A stretch of 64,000 nucleotides of DNA from contig QPMI01000270.1 in the NCBI GenBank assembly GCA_004431415.1, positions 26,441 to 90,440 on the forward strand. The letters run 5' to 3'. Positions 31,306 to 42,919 of this stretch are shown piece by piece. How positions within the stretch are numbered: position 1 is the first letter of the stretch; each line of letters starts with the position of its first letter. The stretch comes from Cyanophora paradoxa CCMP329 (Eukaryota > Plantae > Glaucophyta). A program made the position numbers and the translations under genes. Under the pieces are notes generated by a model that ran no database searches, was not told the DNA's origin, and worked only from the letters and a program-made list of their open reading frames with translations.

Positions 31306-34300
31306 ATGGCAGGCGAGGAGCTAGATCAGATCGGCAGCCTCGCTGCGTCCCTCATCGACGGCAAGAGCGAGAGCCGCCAGGTTCCCGCTCCGCCGCGGTC
31401 GTTCTGGTTCTCTCTGAACCGCCGCCAGATTGCGCTGGCCCTGACTTCCCAAGCGGTGAGGGCGCCCCGAGCGCGCCACATTCGATCCCGCGCCTTTGCG
31501 GGCGTTGAATTGCGCGCGCGGAATGGACCGCCCCGACGCCCTCGGCCTGCAGCTGTTCGCGCTGGAGGCGGACGCGGAGGCGTGGGACGAGGGGGACCTG
31601 CGGGAGGCGGAGGTGCAGCTGCTGCGGCGCTTCCCCTTCGAAGATCTCGCCTCGCTCGTCGTCTCGGAGTCCTCGGGGCAGGCGCGCCACCGCCCTCGCC
31701 CGGCGGCGCGCCGTCCGACCCCCGAGGCAGGTGCTGCTGCAGTCTGAGACGGACGCGGACCTGCTGGTGGAGATGGGCGAGGATGCAGATGTGCTGGTCG
31801 AGACGCTCGCTGCCTGCGTCGAGCAGGCCGCCGGGCGCGAGCTCGACGTCCAGCGCGCCGTCCGCCCCGTCCCGCCCTGCTCCGCCCCGCCCCGCTAGCT
31901 GGGCGCGACGGCGCCGGCAGGAGGAGGAGGATCTGCTTCCGCTATCGCGGGGGATAGTGAAGCGGCGGGGTGGGACGCCAAAGGAGGCGAAGGCGCGCGG
32001 CGAGTCGGCGGAGGAGCGGGCGCGGCGGGAGAGGGAGGAGGAGGCGCGCCGCAAGAAGGAGCGCGAGGAGCGCGAACTCACCGCCGCACTCGAGCGCTTC
32101 TCCGCCCCGCGCTTCGACCCCGCCAAGCGTACGCCCGCCCCGCGCCCCCGGGGCCGGGTTGGCGGCGAGCGGGGCGACAGAGGCGCGGCGGGTGTTCGAG
32201 GAGAACGGGGAGGAGGGGGCGCGGGCCTGGAAGGCCGACATCGCGCGCGTGCGCCAGTTCGCGATTGCGCGCATGCGGGCCCAGGTGCGGCGCCCGCCCC
32301 GCGCCGGCTGCACGCGGCGCTCACGGCGGCGCAGGTGCACTCCAACTACCGCCACTTCATCCGCATCGCCCGCGGCATCGCCGGTGAGCCGCGCCGGCGC
32401 CGGTGCGGGGCGGGGCGGCGAGATGGGCGGCAGCGCTGGAGGGTGAGGGGGCGGCGCTGCGGCGGGCCCTCGGGGAGGCGCAGGGGACGCTGCGGGACGT
32501 GGCCGCCCTCGCCCTCCACCCGCAGCCGCCGCCGGCCGCGCCGGGGCGGGGCCCGGGCGGAGGGGCCGGGGCGCTGCGGGGCGAGCTGCTGGACGAGCTC
32601 GACCTGCTCCTCGCCCAGCGCCGCGTCGACGCCGCCATCCCCGCCCTCGCCGCCGGTCCCCCCCGCCCCCCGCCCCGCCCTCCTCCGCACCCCGAGCCCC
32701 GGCTGCAGCACGGGACCGCCTGGAGCGGGAAGAGCGCGGCGCCGGGGCACGCCTTCCGGCGCTGCAGCGGCTGCGGGCCGAGGTACGCGGGGCTGGGCGG
32801 ACGAGAGGCGGGGGTTGACGAGGGGGCGGCGCAGGTGGAGGAGCGGGCGGCGCGCATCCGCGCGATCCTTTGCGATGAGCTCGCCGCTGCTGCCGCCGCC
32901 CCGGAGCCCCCCGCCGCCCACCTCGCCAAGGTCCGACCCAGCCCCCTGCTTTCACCCGGAACGCGCTGCTCACGCGGGGCGCAGCTGCGGGGCCAGCTGC
33001 AGCAGCTAGGGGCGGGGGAGGCGGCGCGGCGGGCGTACGTGCGGGGCCGGGCGGCGCTGGCGGCGGCGGAGTCGGGGCGGCTGAAGATGCGGGGGGACGC
33101 GGCGCTGTACGGGCCGCGCCTCGCGGAAGCCCTCTTCGGCACCCTCCGCGCCACCGCCGCCGACTTCCGCGCCGCCTTCGGCTCCGGGCGCCCGATGGCC
33201 GGTGCCCCCGCCCCCGGCTGCCCGGCGGCGAGGGGCCGGGCGACGGGGGCGCGCAGGCTTCGTGCTGTGGGCGGCGTGGGAGGTGGACCGGCTGGTGGAG
33301 GTGTACCGGCGGCAGGTCTTCCCCTCGGGCAACCTCTTCGCCATCGGCGAGTGCCTCCACGCCGCCTTCGCCCACGCCGCCCAGGCGCCGCCCCCGCCCC
33401 TGCCCGCCCACCCGCCCCCGCCGACCCGCCCCCGCCCGCAGCTCGAGAAGCGCGGCCTTAGTTTCACCGCCCTCCTCATCGCCCGCTTCCGCCCGGGCCT
33501 CGGTCCGCCCGCCCCGCCCGCCGGCGCCCCGGCGGGCGGGGCCGACGGCCGGGGCAGTGCAAGCGCTGGAGCAGTACGGTCAGCGGCTGGAGGCGTCCCT
33601 CGCGGGGGCCGTCGCCCAGGAGACGTGGCGCCCCGTCGAGGTCGCCCCGCCGACCTCCCCGCCCCGCTCCTCCCGCGCCCCGCCCCGGCGCCGGCGCCGC
33701 GCGGCTGCTGCTGCCGGCGTGCCGGCGGGCGCTGCTGGCGGCGCTGGGCCGCTTCCTTGCGGAGGCGGGCCCCTCGCCGCCCTGCCCTCGACGTCCGCGC
33801 CGCCGTCCGCCACGCCGCCGGCGCCCTTCTCGAGCGCTACGCCGCCGCCCTCCAGCGTCGTGCCGCCGGGCGCCCTGGCGGACCCGCGGTGCGCGGGCGG
33901 GCGGGTGCGGGGCGCGGGGCCTGAGGGCGGGGCGGGCAGGCGGTGGCCGTGCTGGGGGAGGTGGAGGAGGCGTAGAGGGGCCCTGCCGCGCGTGGCGGCG
34001 CACCTGCGGGGCGAGGCGGCGCTCGCCCCGTCCAGCAGCGCCTCCGGGCCGCCCGCGACGCCCTCCTCGCCGCCTTCGTCGCCCGCCGCGCCTCCGCCCT
34101 CGCCGCCGCCTCCGCTGGGCCCCCGACCTCCTCGCCGCGTCCGCCCCGGCCCCGCCTCCCCGCCTGCGCTGGGACCGACGCCGGCGCAGGAGGCGGTGGA
34201 GGAGGAGCGGGGGAGCCCGGGGAGGGGCCCGCAGCGTCGCCGCCGCCCTCGCCGGCATCGCCGAGGAGGCCGCCTCCCGCGTTCGCCCCCGCCTCGCCCC

Positions 34301-36485
34301 GCCCCGCCCGCCCCGCCCCGCGCCCCGCCCTCACGCCCCGCAGCTCCCCGCGGGGGCCATGCGCCAGCTCCTCTCTGCCACTGTGGAGCGCCTCGCCGCC
34401 GACCTCCGCTCCTGCGCGCCCGGCGCCCCATGCCTCACCGGCGGCCCCGCTGACGCCGCCCAGACGTGGAGGAGCTCGTCGAGGGGGACGGCAAGCAGGG
34501 CCCGCGGCGCATTGGATACGGCGGTGCGCGGCGCGCCGGCTGCGGTCCGCGCGAGCGACCGGGCGACGCGGGACGGCAGGCTTGCAGCTGGCGGCCCTCG
34601 ACCTGCGGTTCCTGGCGGCCGTCTGCGGGCGCCACGCGGGCCGCCCGCCCGCGGCTCCCTCGCGGCCGCCCTCGAGGCGCGCCGCCCCGCCTGCGCGCCG
34701 CGCGCGGCCTGACAGGGCGCAGCGGCTGGTGGAGGCCTTCTGCGCCGCCTCGGGCCGGCCGCGTGACGTTGCTCTGCAGGTGCCCCGCGCTGCGCCCGCC
34801 CCGCCCGGCGCGCTGACGCGGGGCAGCCGGAGGCGTGGTTCCGGGGGCGGTGCAGCGCGCGGCGACGAGCGCGGCGCTGCGGGCGCGCCTCGCCGCCCTC
34901 GGCGACCTCCTCCTCGAGTGGGACCCCGACGCTAAGGACCCCGCCCCGCAGAGGGCCCCGCCGCCCGCCCCGAGCCGGCATCCGAGGCCCGCCCCGCCCG
35001 CCGCGGCGTCTCCCCGGGCCCCCGCGGGCGCCGCGGGACCCCAACCGCGGGACCGACGCGGGGTCCGAGGAGCCGCCGGCACCGCGGTTCCCGACACCAA
35101 GCCGCCGCCCCGGCCCTCGACCCCGGAAGCTACCCCGCGGCCCCCACGCCCGACCCGCCGGCGCCTGAGAGGGTGCCGGAGGCGGCGCGGGCGGGCGAGA
35201 CGCCGGCGAGGAGCCGGCGGCCCAGAGCTTTGCGAGGCGGTGAGGGCGAGGCGCCCGAGGCAGCACCCGACCCCGCTCCAGCGCCGGAGCCGCCCCCGCG
35301 GCCGCCGCGGCGCGCCCTGGAGAAGTCCCCGGAAGGCGGCGCCAGGGTAGACGGCCCGGAGCCGGCGGCCGCGGAGGTGCCGGTGGAGGCGGAGAGGGGC
35401 CGGTCGGGGCCTGCCGGGCTCAGGCGCGGCGGGTGGCGGGAGCGGCTGGCGGCCTTGCGCGCGGCGGACGGCGACGAGGACGGCGCAATGGCGGCCCCGC
35501 CGCGCCCCGCACGCCCCGTGTCGGGCGGAGAGGAAGAGTTAGCGGAGCGGGCGGAGCGGCGGCGGCCGTCGCTCGACGGGGATGGGGCGCGGGGGACCGC
35601 CCTGCGAGACCCCGCCCTCAAGCGAGCCCGCGAGAAGAGGGGAGCGCTCCCGCGGAGCCGGCGAGGGCGCGCGGGGCGGCGCCTCCGCGTCTCGCGTCGG
35701 AGCAAGAGGCGCCGGCCGCCGCCGCCGCCGGGGACGCCCCAAGGCGGACGCCGCTGCGGCGGCAGGCGGAGGCGGAGGATACGGCGGCGGAGGCGGCGCC
35801 GCGGCGCGCCGAGCGGCCGTCGCTGTGGAAGGCTGCGGAGGACCCGCCGCCGCCCGTGGGGGCGGAGGGAGAGGCCGAAGACCCCGCCGCCCGCCGCCGC
35901 GCCCGACTCCGCCTCTCGGGGCCGGGGCCGCCCCAGAGTGGGCAGCGCGCGTGGCGGAGGGCCCTCGGGGCCGGCGGAGGAGCGGGCGGGGCGGGTGGAG
36001 GAGCGGGCGGGGCGGGCGGAGCGGGCCTTGAGGGAGAGGGCGAGGAGCCGGGTGCCCCCGCGCGGATCTCCATCCGCGAGCGCGCGGCCGCCCGCCTCGC
36101 CGCCCGCTCCGCCGAGCCCCGCCCCGGCCCCTCCGAGGCAGCCGCCGCCGAGCTCGAGGCGACGGGGAGCGCGTCGCTGGGGGAGGAGGGGGCGGGGCGC
36201 GGGGAGCGGACGGAGCGGCAGCGGACGCTGAAGCGGGTGGAGTCGATCGCGGAGCGGCGGACGCAGCTCCTCTCCACCCTCAAGACCCGCTACGGTGCCG
36301 CCAACGGCGGCGAGCACCCCAGCGGCTCCGGGCCCGGGCCCGGCGGCGGGGACGACGCCGACCCGCCCGCCCCGCCGCGGCGTTCCATGCTCGCTGCTGC
36401 AAGCAGGAGGAGCGAGGCGGGCGGCGAGGGCGAGCGGCCCCGCGCCCGCACGCCCCTCCGATCCAGCCGCGTCTCAAAGGAGTAG
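31306..36485 (+). CDS. EXO84: Exocyst subunit EXO84/EXOC8-like, with long low-complexity C-terminus
   Basis: Vps51-like N-terminal motif FSAPRFDP...VHSNYRHFIRIA. Exo84 helical motifs LDELDLLLAQRRVDAAI, LQQLGAGEAARRAYVRGR and FVLWAAWEVDRLVEVYRRQVF. Confidence 0.7.
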
Positions 36486-37131
36486 TGCTGTGACTGTGTT
36501 AGTTTAAAGCAGGGTTTTTCGAGGAGCGAGCTAGCGCTATGGGTTGGACGGGACGTCAATCGATATCATAGTATCGCGATTTGGGTTGGCTCGCCCCTCC
36601 AATGTTCAATCCAGCGCTAGCCGCACGCCCCTTTGCCCTGATCATGAGGCCTCCTGTGACATTCAGTTTATTTAAAGCAGGCTTCGAGAAGTGAGGGGCC
36701 GCCGGGGTGCTGTACTAGGGCTAGTACAGCCAGACCGTCGACGTCGACGCCGTGACGTCGGACAGCTCAGCGGCTAGCGCTAGCTGATTATGACATCGCG
36801 TACGCGTCATGGCTGCATGCTCGAGCTCAGCTGCAGCGGCTGGGCTGCTCAGCTGCGCAGCAGCTCAGCAGCTGCAGCTGGTTTTGCGATCGAGCTGTCT
36901 AGATCTGCGCGCGGCTTGAAGCCGGATGTGGCTTGGATTGGAGCCGTCGAAGCGGCTTGAGGCCTGGCCCAGTGGTGGCCGCAGCATCGCCGAGTCGAGC
37001 GCTGAATGAGCAGCGGAAGCGGTACAGACGCGCCATGCCGCGCACCGCTGCGTTAGCGCGACAGAGCTGCTCGAACGGTCTGATGCAGCTGCCGGCCTAG
37101 ACAGGCGCTGGACGAGAAAAAGCTGATTCCG

Positions 37132-40100
37132 ATGCAAACAACGGAGAGCATCGCCCAGAAGGCGTACGCGGTTCGCTCGGCGCTGGCCGGCGGCAGCGGC
37201 GCGCCCGTTGGCGGCAGCGCCGCGACGGCGCCACATGTACACAGTGTCCTGGCAGCTCTGACAGCAGATCCCGAAGGCTGGGAGGTGTGCGCGCAGCTTG
37301 TCCGTGAGCCGGCGGAACCCGTTGTATTATTCCTTGCAGCGTCCTCGCTCGCTTCTCTGGCGGCGGCGCGCCACGCGAGCGTCGGAGCCGAGGCGCGGGC
37401 GTTCCTCTTCTCGGCGGCGGCAGCGGCGAGGGGCCCCGTGAGGACGAAGCTGGCGCTGGCGCTGACGAAGCTGGCGCTGGCCGGCCGTGCGTGGCCAGCG
37501 CCCATCGTGGAGATGCGCGCCGCCGTCGAGCAGAACTGCGACTGGAGGCAGAAGGTTGTGGTGCGGCCCAGAGATCAGGATCCGAGGTCCCGGTGGGCCG
37601 AGGGACGGGGGGCTGATCGCGGGGCGCGCGCACAGGCGCTGGAGGTGCTGCAGCTGATGGCGGAGGAGGCGGAGGGGCTGGCCGAGGGACGTGAGGCGTC
37701 CCTTGCTGCCCTGCGCGCCGCAGAGGGGGACCAGCGCGAGGCCGTCCGCGCCGCCCTCGAGGCCGCCCCCGCCGCCGCCCCCGAGGCCTGCGCCGAGCTT
37801 GCCCTCGCCGCCCTCGCCTGCCTCGAATCCTGGCTCCGCGCTGTCGGCCCCTCCATCCAGTGCGCTCACCGCCGGCCACGTGACGGGTCGCTCGCGACCG
37901 TCGGGCGCAGTGCGTTCCTGGAGGGGCCCCTGCTGCCCCTCGTGGTGCGGGCCGGCGGCCTCGGGCGCGCACACTTCCTCGTGCGCCCGCCGCCGCTTGG
38001 GGCGCGCGCGGCGGCGGCTGACGCGGGACGGGCAGCGGGCGGCAGAGGTGCTGGCGGAGGTGTGCGCCGCCCCGGCGGCCGTCGCCCGCAGCGAGGCCCT
38101 GCGGCCCCTCCTCGCCGCCGTCGCCTCCGCCACCGGCGCGCTGCTCGCCTGCACGGGCGACGGCGAGCTCTGCTCCGCCGCCGCGCGCGCCGTCGCGGCG
38201 GCAGTGGCGGGGCGGGCGGCGAGGCGGCGGCGGCGGGCCTTGACGAGTGGAGCGCCGTGCTGGCGGCGCTGGTGGCGTGCACGGGCACCCCTGCGCGGCT
38301 GCCCGCGACGAGGCCCTCGCCGCGTGGCCCGCCCTCCACGAAGCCCTCGCCGTTTCCCCGTCGCCCTTGTGCGCCCCGGCCCCGCCGCGCGCCGCCGCGC
38401 GCGCTGAGGGCGGCAGGCGGGCACGGGAAAGCCTTCGAGGCCGGCCTGGCTGCGCTCTTAGAGGCCCTCCCCGACTCCGACCCCGACCCCGACCCCGACG
38501 CCGGCGGCGAGGAGGAGGGCGGTGCGCCCGGCGCCGGCCCACGCCTGCGCGGGGGCGTGACGGGGCGGCAGGGGGCGGGGGCGGGGCAGCGGGCGGAGGC
38601 GCTGGACGCGGCGCTGCAGGCGTGCCAGGGCGCCCTCGGGACCGCGCCCTCGACGCCGCCCTCGCCCACGCCGCCGCCGGGCCCCGCGCCGCCCGCGCCG
38701 CCCTCCGCGCCTTTCGTGTGCCCCGCGCACTTCGCTCCGAGGCCCTCTCACACCGCCCCCCGCAGCGCCTTCGCGCCGCTCTGCAGCGAGGCCGGTGCGC
38801 GCCGCGCCGCGCCACCGGCCGGAGGGGGAGCGAGGGGTGCGCAGGGGCGCGGCGGGTGCTGCCCTCGTCAGCCAGCTCCTCGCCGCGCCGGACCCGTCCC
38901 TCGGCCCCCCGCCGCGGCCCTCATTGGTGCGGCCCACGCGCGTTCCCCTTCGCGGGGCGACGAGCTCACGTCGCTGCAGGTTGCTTCGCGCGGCGGCTGG
39001 CGGCGTCGGAGGGCGCCGCGGCCGCGCAGGAGGCCCTCGCCCTGCTCGCCCCGCACCTGCGCCCCGCCGACGCCCCCCTTGCCACCGCCGCGGCCCGGGC
39101 GGCGCGGAAGCTGGCGGGGAGGCGGCGGGGGCGCTGGCGGGTGCGCGGGGCGGCTGGTGGAAGCGGCGCTGGGGGCGCCCTACACGGCCCTCCCGCCCCC
39201 GCCGCCGCCCCCTCCTCGAGGCCGCCGCCCACCTTCTCGCCGCCGCGCCCCGGAACACGCCCCGCCCTCCTACCTCGCCTCCTCGCGCCCCTCCTCGCCG
39301 CCCTCGCCCCGCCCCGTCCGTGCGTTCGCTGGGGCCGCCTCTCTTGCGCCCGGGGCGAGAGCGGGGCGCAGCGGGCGGCGGAGGCGGCGGGGCGGCGCGG
39401 CTGCTGGAGGCGGCGCTGCGCCCCTTCCGCACGGGACGGGGCCTCTCGCTCCCGCCGGGGCGGTGCTGGGGCGGTGGAGGCGGCGTGGGGCCCGCTGGCG
39501 GCCTGCGCGGCGGCGCACGGAGGCGACGAGGGCTTCGCGGAGGTGCGCCCCCGCCCCGCCCGCGCCGGCCCCGATGGCGGGGCAGGCCCTCGCGGGGCCT
39601 CGAGGCGGCGGTCGCCGCGGGGGCCTGCCCGTCGCCCGCCCGCCCTCCTCCAGGTCGCCGCCCCCGCCTCGAGGCGCGGCCCTCGCCCCGCACCTCGCCC
39701 TCGCCCCGCCCCTCGCCGCCGCCCTCTCGCCCCGGGCTCCTGCTCCTGTCCGCCCCGCCCCGCGCGCCCCGCCACCCTCCCGACCCGCCCCAACCTCGAG
39801 CTCCCCCCTCAGCGCCGGAGCGGGCGGCGGCGGCGCGAGCGCTCGGCGAGTTCATGCTGCGGGCCTCCCGGCGGCTCCTGCTCCCCGGTACGCTCCCTGC
39901 ACGTCAGTCGACGTTCCGCAGCGCCTGACGCGGGGGCAACGGGTGGCGGGCTGCACAGGGCCCCCCGACGAGCACCCCGACGCCCTCGAGGTCCTCTTCG
40001 CCGCCGCCGCGCAGGTCTCCCCGCCTCCCTACCCCCGCCCCGTCCCGCGCTTCCCCCGACGCACCGGCCGCCGCGCAGTGCCTGCGCCACTGCCCGGAGG

Positions 40101-40641
40101 CGGTGGGCGTCGGGCGGCCCACGCCGCGGGGAGGAGCCGCTCGCGCTCGCGCTCGCCTCGGCGGCGGCGGCCCGCGTGGCGGCGCCGCGCACGTCGCGCC
40201 CGGCGACCCTCGCCGCCGGCCTCGAGCTCCTCGCCGCCCTCTTCGCGGGCGCGCCGCCCCCGCACCGCGCACTCGCCGGCCCGCCCGCCCCCGCTGAGCC
40301 GCTACGCGCAGGCCGCTCCACGAGAGCGCGGCGTACGCACCGGCGGCGGCGGCGTGCGCGGCGCGGGCGCTCGAGCCGTGCGCGCGCGCCCTCGTCGCGA
40401 TGCTCGCGGGGGCCTGCCGGCCGCTGCGCTGCCGGCCGCCGCGGACGCCGTCTTCGCGGTCGCCGGACGGGCCCCGCAGGAGGCGCGGCGGGTCTTCGTG
40501 GGCGCACTCGAGGGGGCCCTCGGCCCCGCGGAGGCGGCCCGCACCGCCTCGGCCCTCCTCCTGCGCCCCAAGGCCACCCTCCTCGCCCGCCTCCCGTCCC
40601 TCTGCTCCGCCCTCGGCCCCACGCAGCCGCCTTGCAATTGA
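37132..40641 (+). CDS. Importin-beta family HEAT-repeat protein (transportin-3/importin-13-like), divergent
   Basis: N-terminal ADPEGWEVCAQLV...VLFLAASSL, VRTKLALALTKLAL..AWP, ALEVLQLMAEE, ALACLESWL, and C-terminal DEHPDALEVLF. Confidence 0.55.
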   Translation: MQTTESIAQKAYAVRSALAGGSGAPVGGSAATAPHVHSVLAALTADPEGWEVCAQLVREPAEPVVLFLAASSLASLAAARHASVGAEARAFLFSAAAAARGPVRTKLALALTKLALAGRAWPAPIVEMRAAVEQNCDWRQKVVVRPRDQDPRSRWAEGRGADRGARAQALEVLQLMAEEAEGLAEGREASLAALRAAEGDQREAVRAALEAAPAAAPEACAELALAALACLESWLRAVGPSIQCAHRRPRDGSLATVGRSAFLEGPLLPLVVRAGGLGRAHFLVRPPPLGARAAAADAGRAAGGRGAGGGVRRPGGRRPQRGPAAPPRRRRLRHRRAARLHGRRRALLRRRARRRGGSGGAGGEAAAAGLDEWSAVLAALVACTGTPARLPATRPSPRGPPSTKPSPFPRRPCAPRPRRAPPRALRAAGGHGKAFEAGLAALLEALPDSDPDPDPDAGGEEEGGAPGAGPRLRGGVTGRQGAGAGQRAEALDAALQACQGALGTAPSTPPSPTPPPGPAPPAPPSAPFVCPAHFAPRPSHTAPRSAFAPLCSEAGARRAAPPAGGGARGAQGRGGCCPRQPAPRRAGPVPRPPAAALIGAAHARSPSRGDELTSLQVASRGGWRRRRAPRPRRRPSPCSPRTCAPPTPPLPPPRPGRRGSWRGGGGGAGGCAGRLVEAALGAPYTALPPPPPPPPRGRRPPSRRRAPEHAPPSYLASSRPSSPPSPRPVRAFAGAASLAPGARAGRSGRRRRRGGAAAGGGAAPLPHGTGPLAPAGAVLGRWRRRGARWRPARRRTEATRASRRCAPAPPAPAPMAGQALAGPRGGGRRGGLPVARPPSSRSPPPPRGAALAPHLALAPPLAAALSPRAPAPVRPAPRAPPPSRPAPTSSSPLSAGAGGGGASARRVHAAGLPAAPAPRYAPCTSVDVPQRLTRGQRVAGCTGPPDEHPDALEVLFAAAAQVSPPPYPRPVPRFPRRTGRRAVPAPLPGGGGRRAAHAAGRSRSRSRSPRRRRPAWRRRARRARRPSPPASSSSPPSSRARRPRTAHSPARPPPLSRYAQAAPRERGVRTGGGGVRGAGARAVRARPRRDARGGLPAAALPAAADAVFAVAGRAPQEARRVFVGALEGALGPAEAARTASALLLRPKATLLARLPSLCSALGPTQPPCN

Positions 40642-40947
40642 TCACGAGAAGAATGATCAATTTACGAAATTCGCGCTTCGTCGAAATTACAAAAGGGTAT
40701 CTACAGCCGAGGCACGAAATCAGCGGATTTACAGAATTTATTAGCGAGCCGCCGGAAAGGCCGCGGGAAGGCTGATTTAGACAGCGCGCGAGGCGAGCAG
40801 CGGGGCGGGCACGAGGCTGGGGCCGTGCCGCCCCGCGCGCTGCCGGCGGGGAGCCAGATTTTAACGCTATGTTTAGCGAGGCCGCCACAGGAGCGAGCGG
40901 GCCGGAGCGGGGGAGGGGAAGGCGACGGAAGGGCGGCTGCGGGGCGG

Positions 40948-42665
40948 CTAGACGCGGGAGTCGGAGCCGATGAAACCCTGCGGCTGGCTCCCGGCGGCCT
41001 GCAGCTCCATGGGAGTGGTGTACGTCGTCGTCGTCGTCCCGAGCGTCGACGTCGCCGCCGTCGGGCCCATCAGCGTCGTCGCTGCCCCCGCCCCGCCGTC
41101 AGGCCGCGCGCGCGTCCCGCAGCACTCCCCCGCCCCCGCACGCACCGGTCTCTGGCGACACGAAAATCGAGCGCTGCACGCCTGCGCTCTGGCGTCAGTG
41201 CAGTGCACGGGCAAATGACTGGCTACCTCATCAAGGTGCAGACCCTGCGTCGGCCGGTACGCGCGCATGTCCGCTGCGTGGCGCGATGTGAGGGGCGGCA
41301 GGGGAGAGATTTGCAGTGGCGCCAGCGGAGCTCTCGCACCGGGGACCGGGGCGCCGACCATTGGCTCGGAGGCCTCCCGCAGGCGGTTGCACTTGGTGAA
41401 GAGGTCCACAGCCCAGAGCGGCCACTGCGAGCAGCGTAAGATGCGACCGCCGCGCGCGCCGCGGGCCGGGGAGGGCACGATGCAGGCTGCGCGCAGGTCG
41501 CGATCAGCCAGGGGAGGGGGCGGGCGGGACGGCGGCGTACGCCAGAGGATGATGCCAAAGGCGGCGAGGGCCTTGTCGTACTTGCCACCGCCGCCGCCGA
41601 GAAGGTCCGCCGGCGGGAAATTGTCTCCGCCGTTGATGGCCCACTCACCCCTGCGGCGAATGATCGTAAGCGACCCCCGCCGGGGGCGCCGCGCGGCGCA
41701 GCGCCGGCAGACATAGTCTTGCAGGCAAGGCCAAACAGGATCGCGTCAAGCGTCCTGCATTGCAGCCAAATTAGAACGGCAACGGCAGCACGGGGCCTCG
41801 CTCGCAGGACGGACCAGCTCAGGTGCGCAAGGGTCTTGTTGATGGTGCGCTGCTCGTGCGAGCAGTTGTCGGCGATGCCCTGGGAGCGCGGGTTGAGGGA
41901 GAAGGGAAACAGCGCGACAGTTTACAGCGCGCTAGCGATTGCTTGCCTCCCAGAAGCCGAGCCCTGCGAAGCGCAAAAGAACTGAGCTCAGAGTCGCGGA
42001 CCGAGCGGGCGCTTCGGCTCACCCGCCCAAAGGAACGTGACACAGGCGGCGATGATGCCAACCCAGTTCATCTGCGACCCGAGGGGATCGGCAAACAGAT
42101 AGCGTCGCGCGCGAGACCCTCAGGACGCACTCGCGCGACGCCGCCAGCGTACGTGTAGTTATCGATCGAGTAGGCGATGAGCGCGATCTGCGAAGAATAC
42201 TACGTGAGCACAAACACCGCACATAAGAGAGCACGGGGCGAGCACCGTCACGCCTGCAACGGCCTGCGGACAACCAGGGAAACAAAATCGCGTTTAGCGA
42301 GAGGGGCGGCGCGGAGAGCGCCTCAGGCAAAAAGAGGCGCGAGCGCTCGTGAAACGCGCTTCAATTGCCGATCCCGCTGGGAGGGAGTGCGCTAGCGCGC
42401 GGCGGAGCGCGTGGAGGCCGCGGCGGACCATTGCAAACAGGGACCAGAAGATCTGCAAGACCGCGTCAGCGGCGCTGTCGAGGCGCTCGAGCAACGAGCA
42501 GCAGGCATCTTGAAGCGCGAACTCGCCTTCAGGTACCGGCGGGTGCCCGGCTGTTCGGAAAACAGGGCGGGCAGGCGCGGCGCGCCGGCGTCGTAGAACC
42601 CCGCGTCAGCGGGGTTGTTTGAGAGCCGGCGGCGCGCCCACCTTAAGTATCTTTGCCTCTGCCAT
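40948..42665 (-). CDS. Hypothetical multi-pass membrane protein; 3' end approximate
   Basis: Splicing gives MAEAKILK|PGTRRYLK|IFWSLFAM..., then MNWVGIIAACVTFLWA, TLDAILFGLAC and YDKALAAFGIILW. No family recognised. Confidence 0.4.
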
Positions 42666-42919
42666 GGCGCTCTGCTCGTCAGGAGTTGTTTGAGGTGCTC
42701 TTGGCCCTGTGCACGGGAGGGAGGAGAAGTCGTGATGAGCGACACGCGCGCGGCAGCGATAGCGCCGCGCGCCGCGCGCCGGCGCCCTCGAGCTCGGACC
42801 TGCTCGGGTTGAAGTAGTTCGGTCGTTTGAGAGTGGTCTACCCCTCGAGAGCGAACGGTCTACCCCTTAAGACTTTGGGGTACAGGCCACGTAGAGCAAC
42901 GTTGAGACGGCCAGCAGCC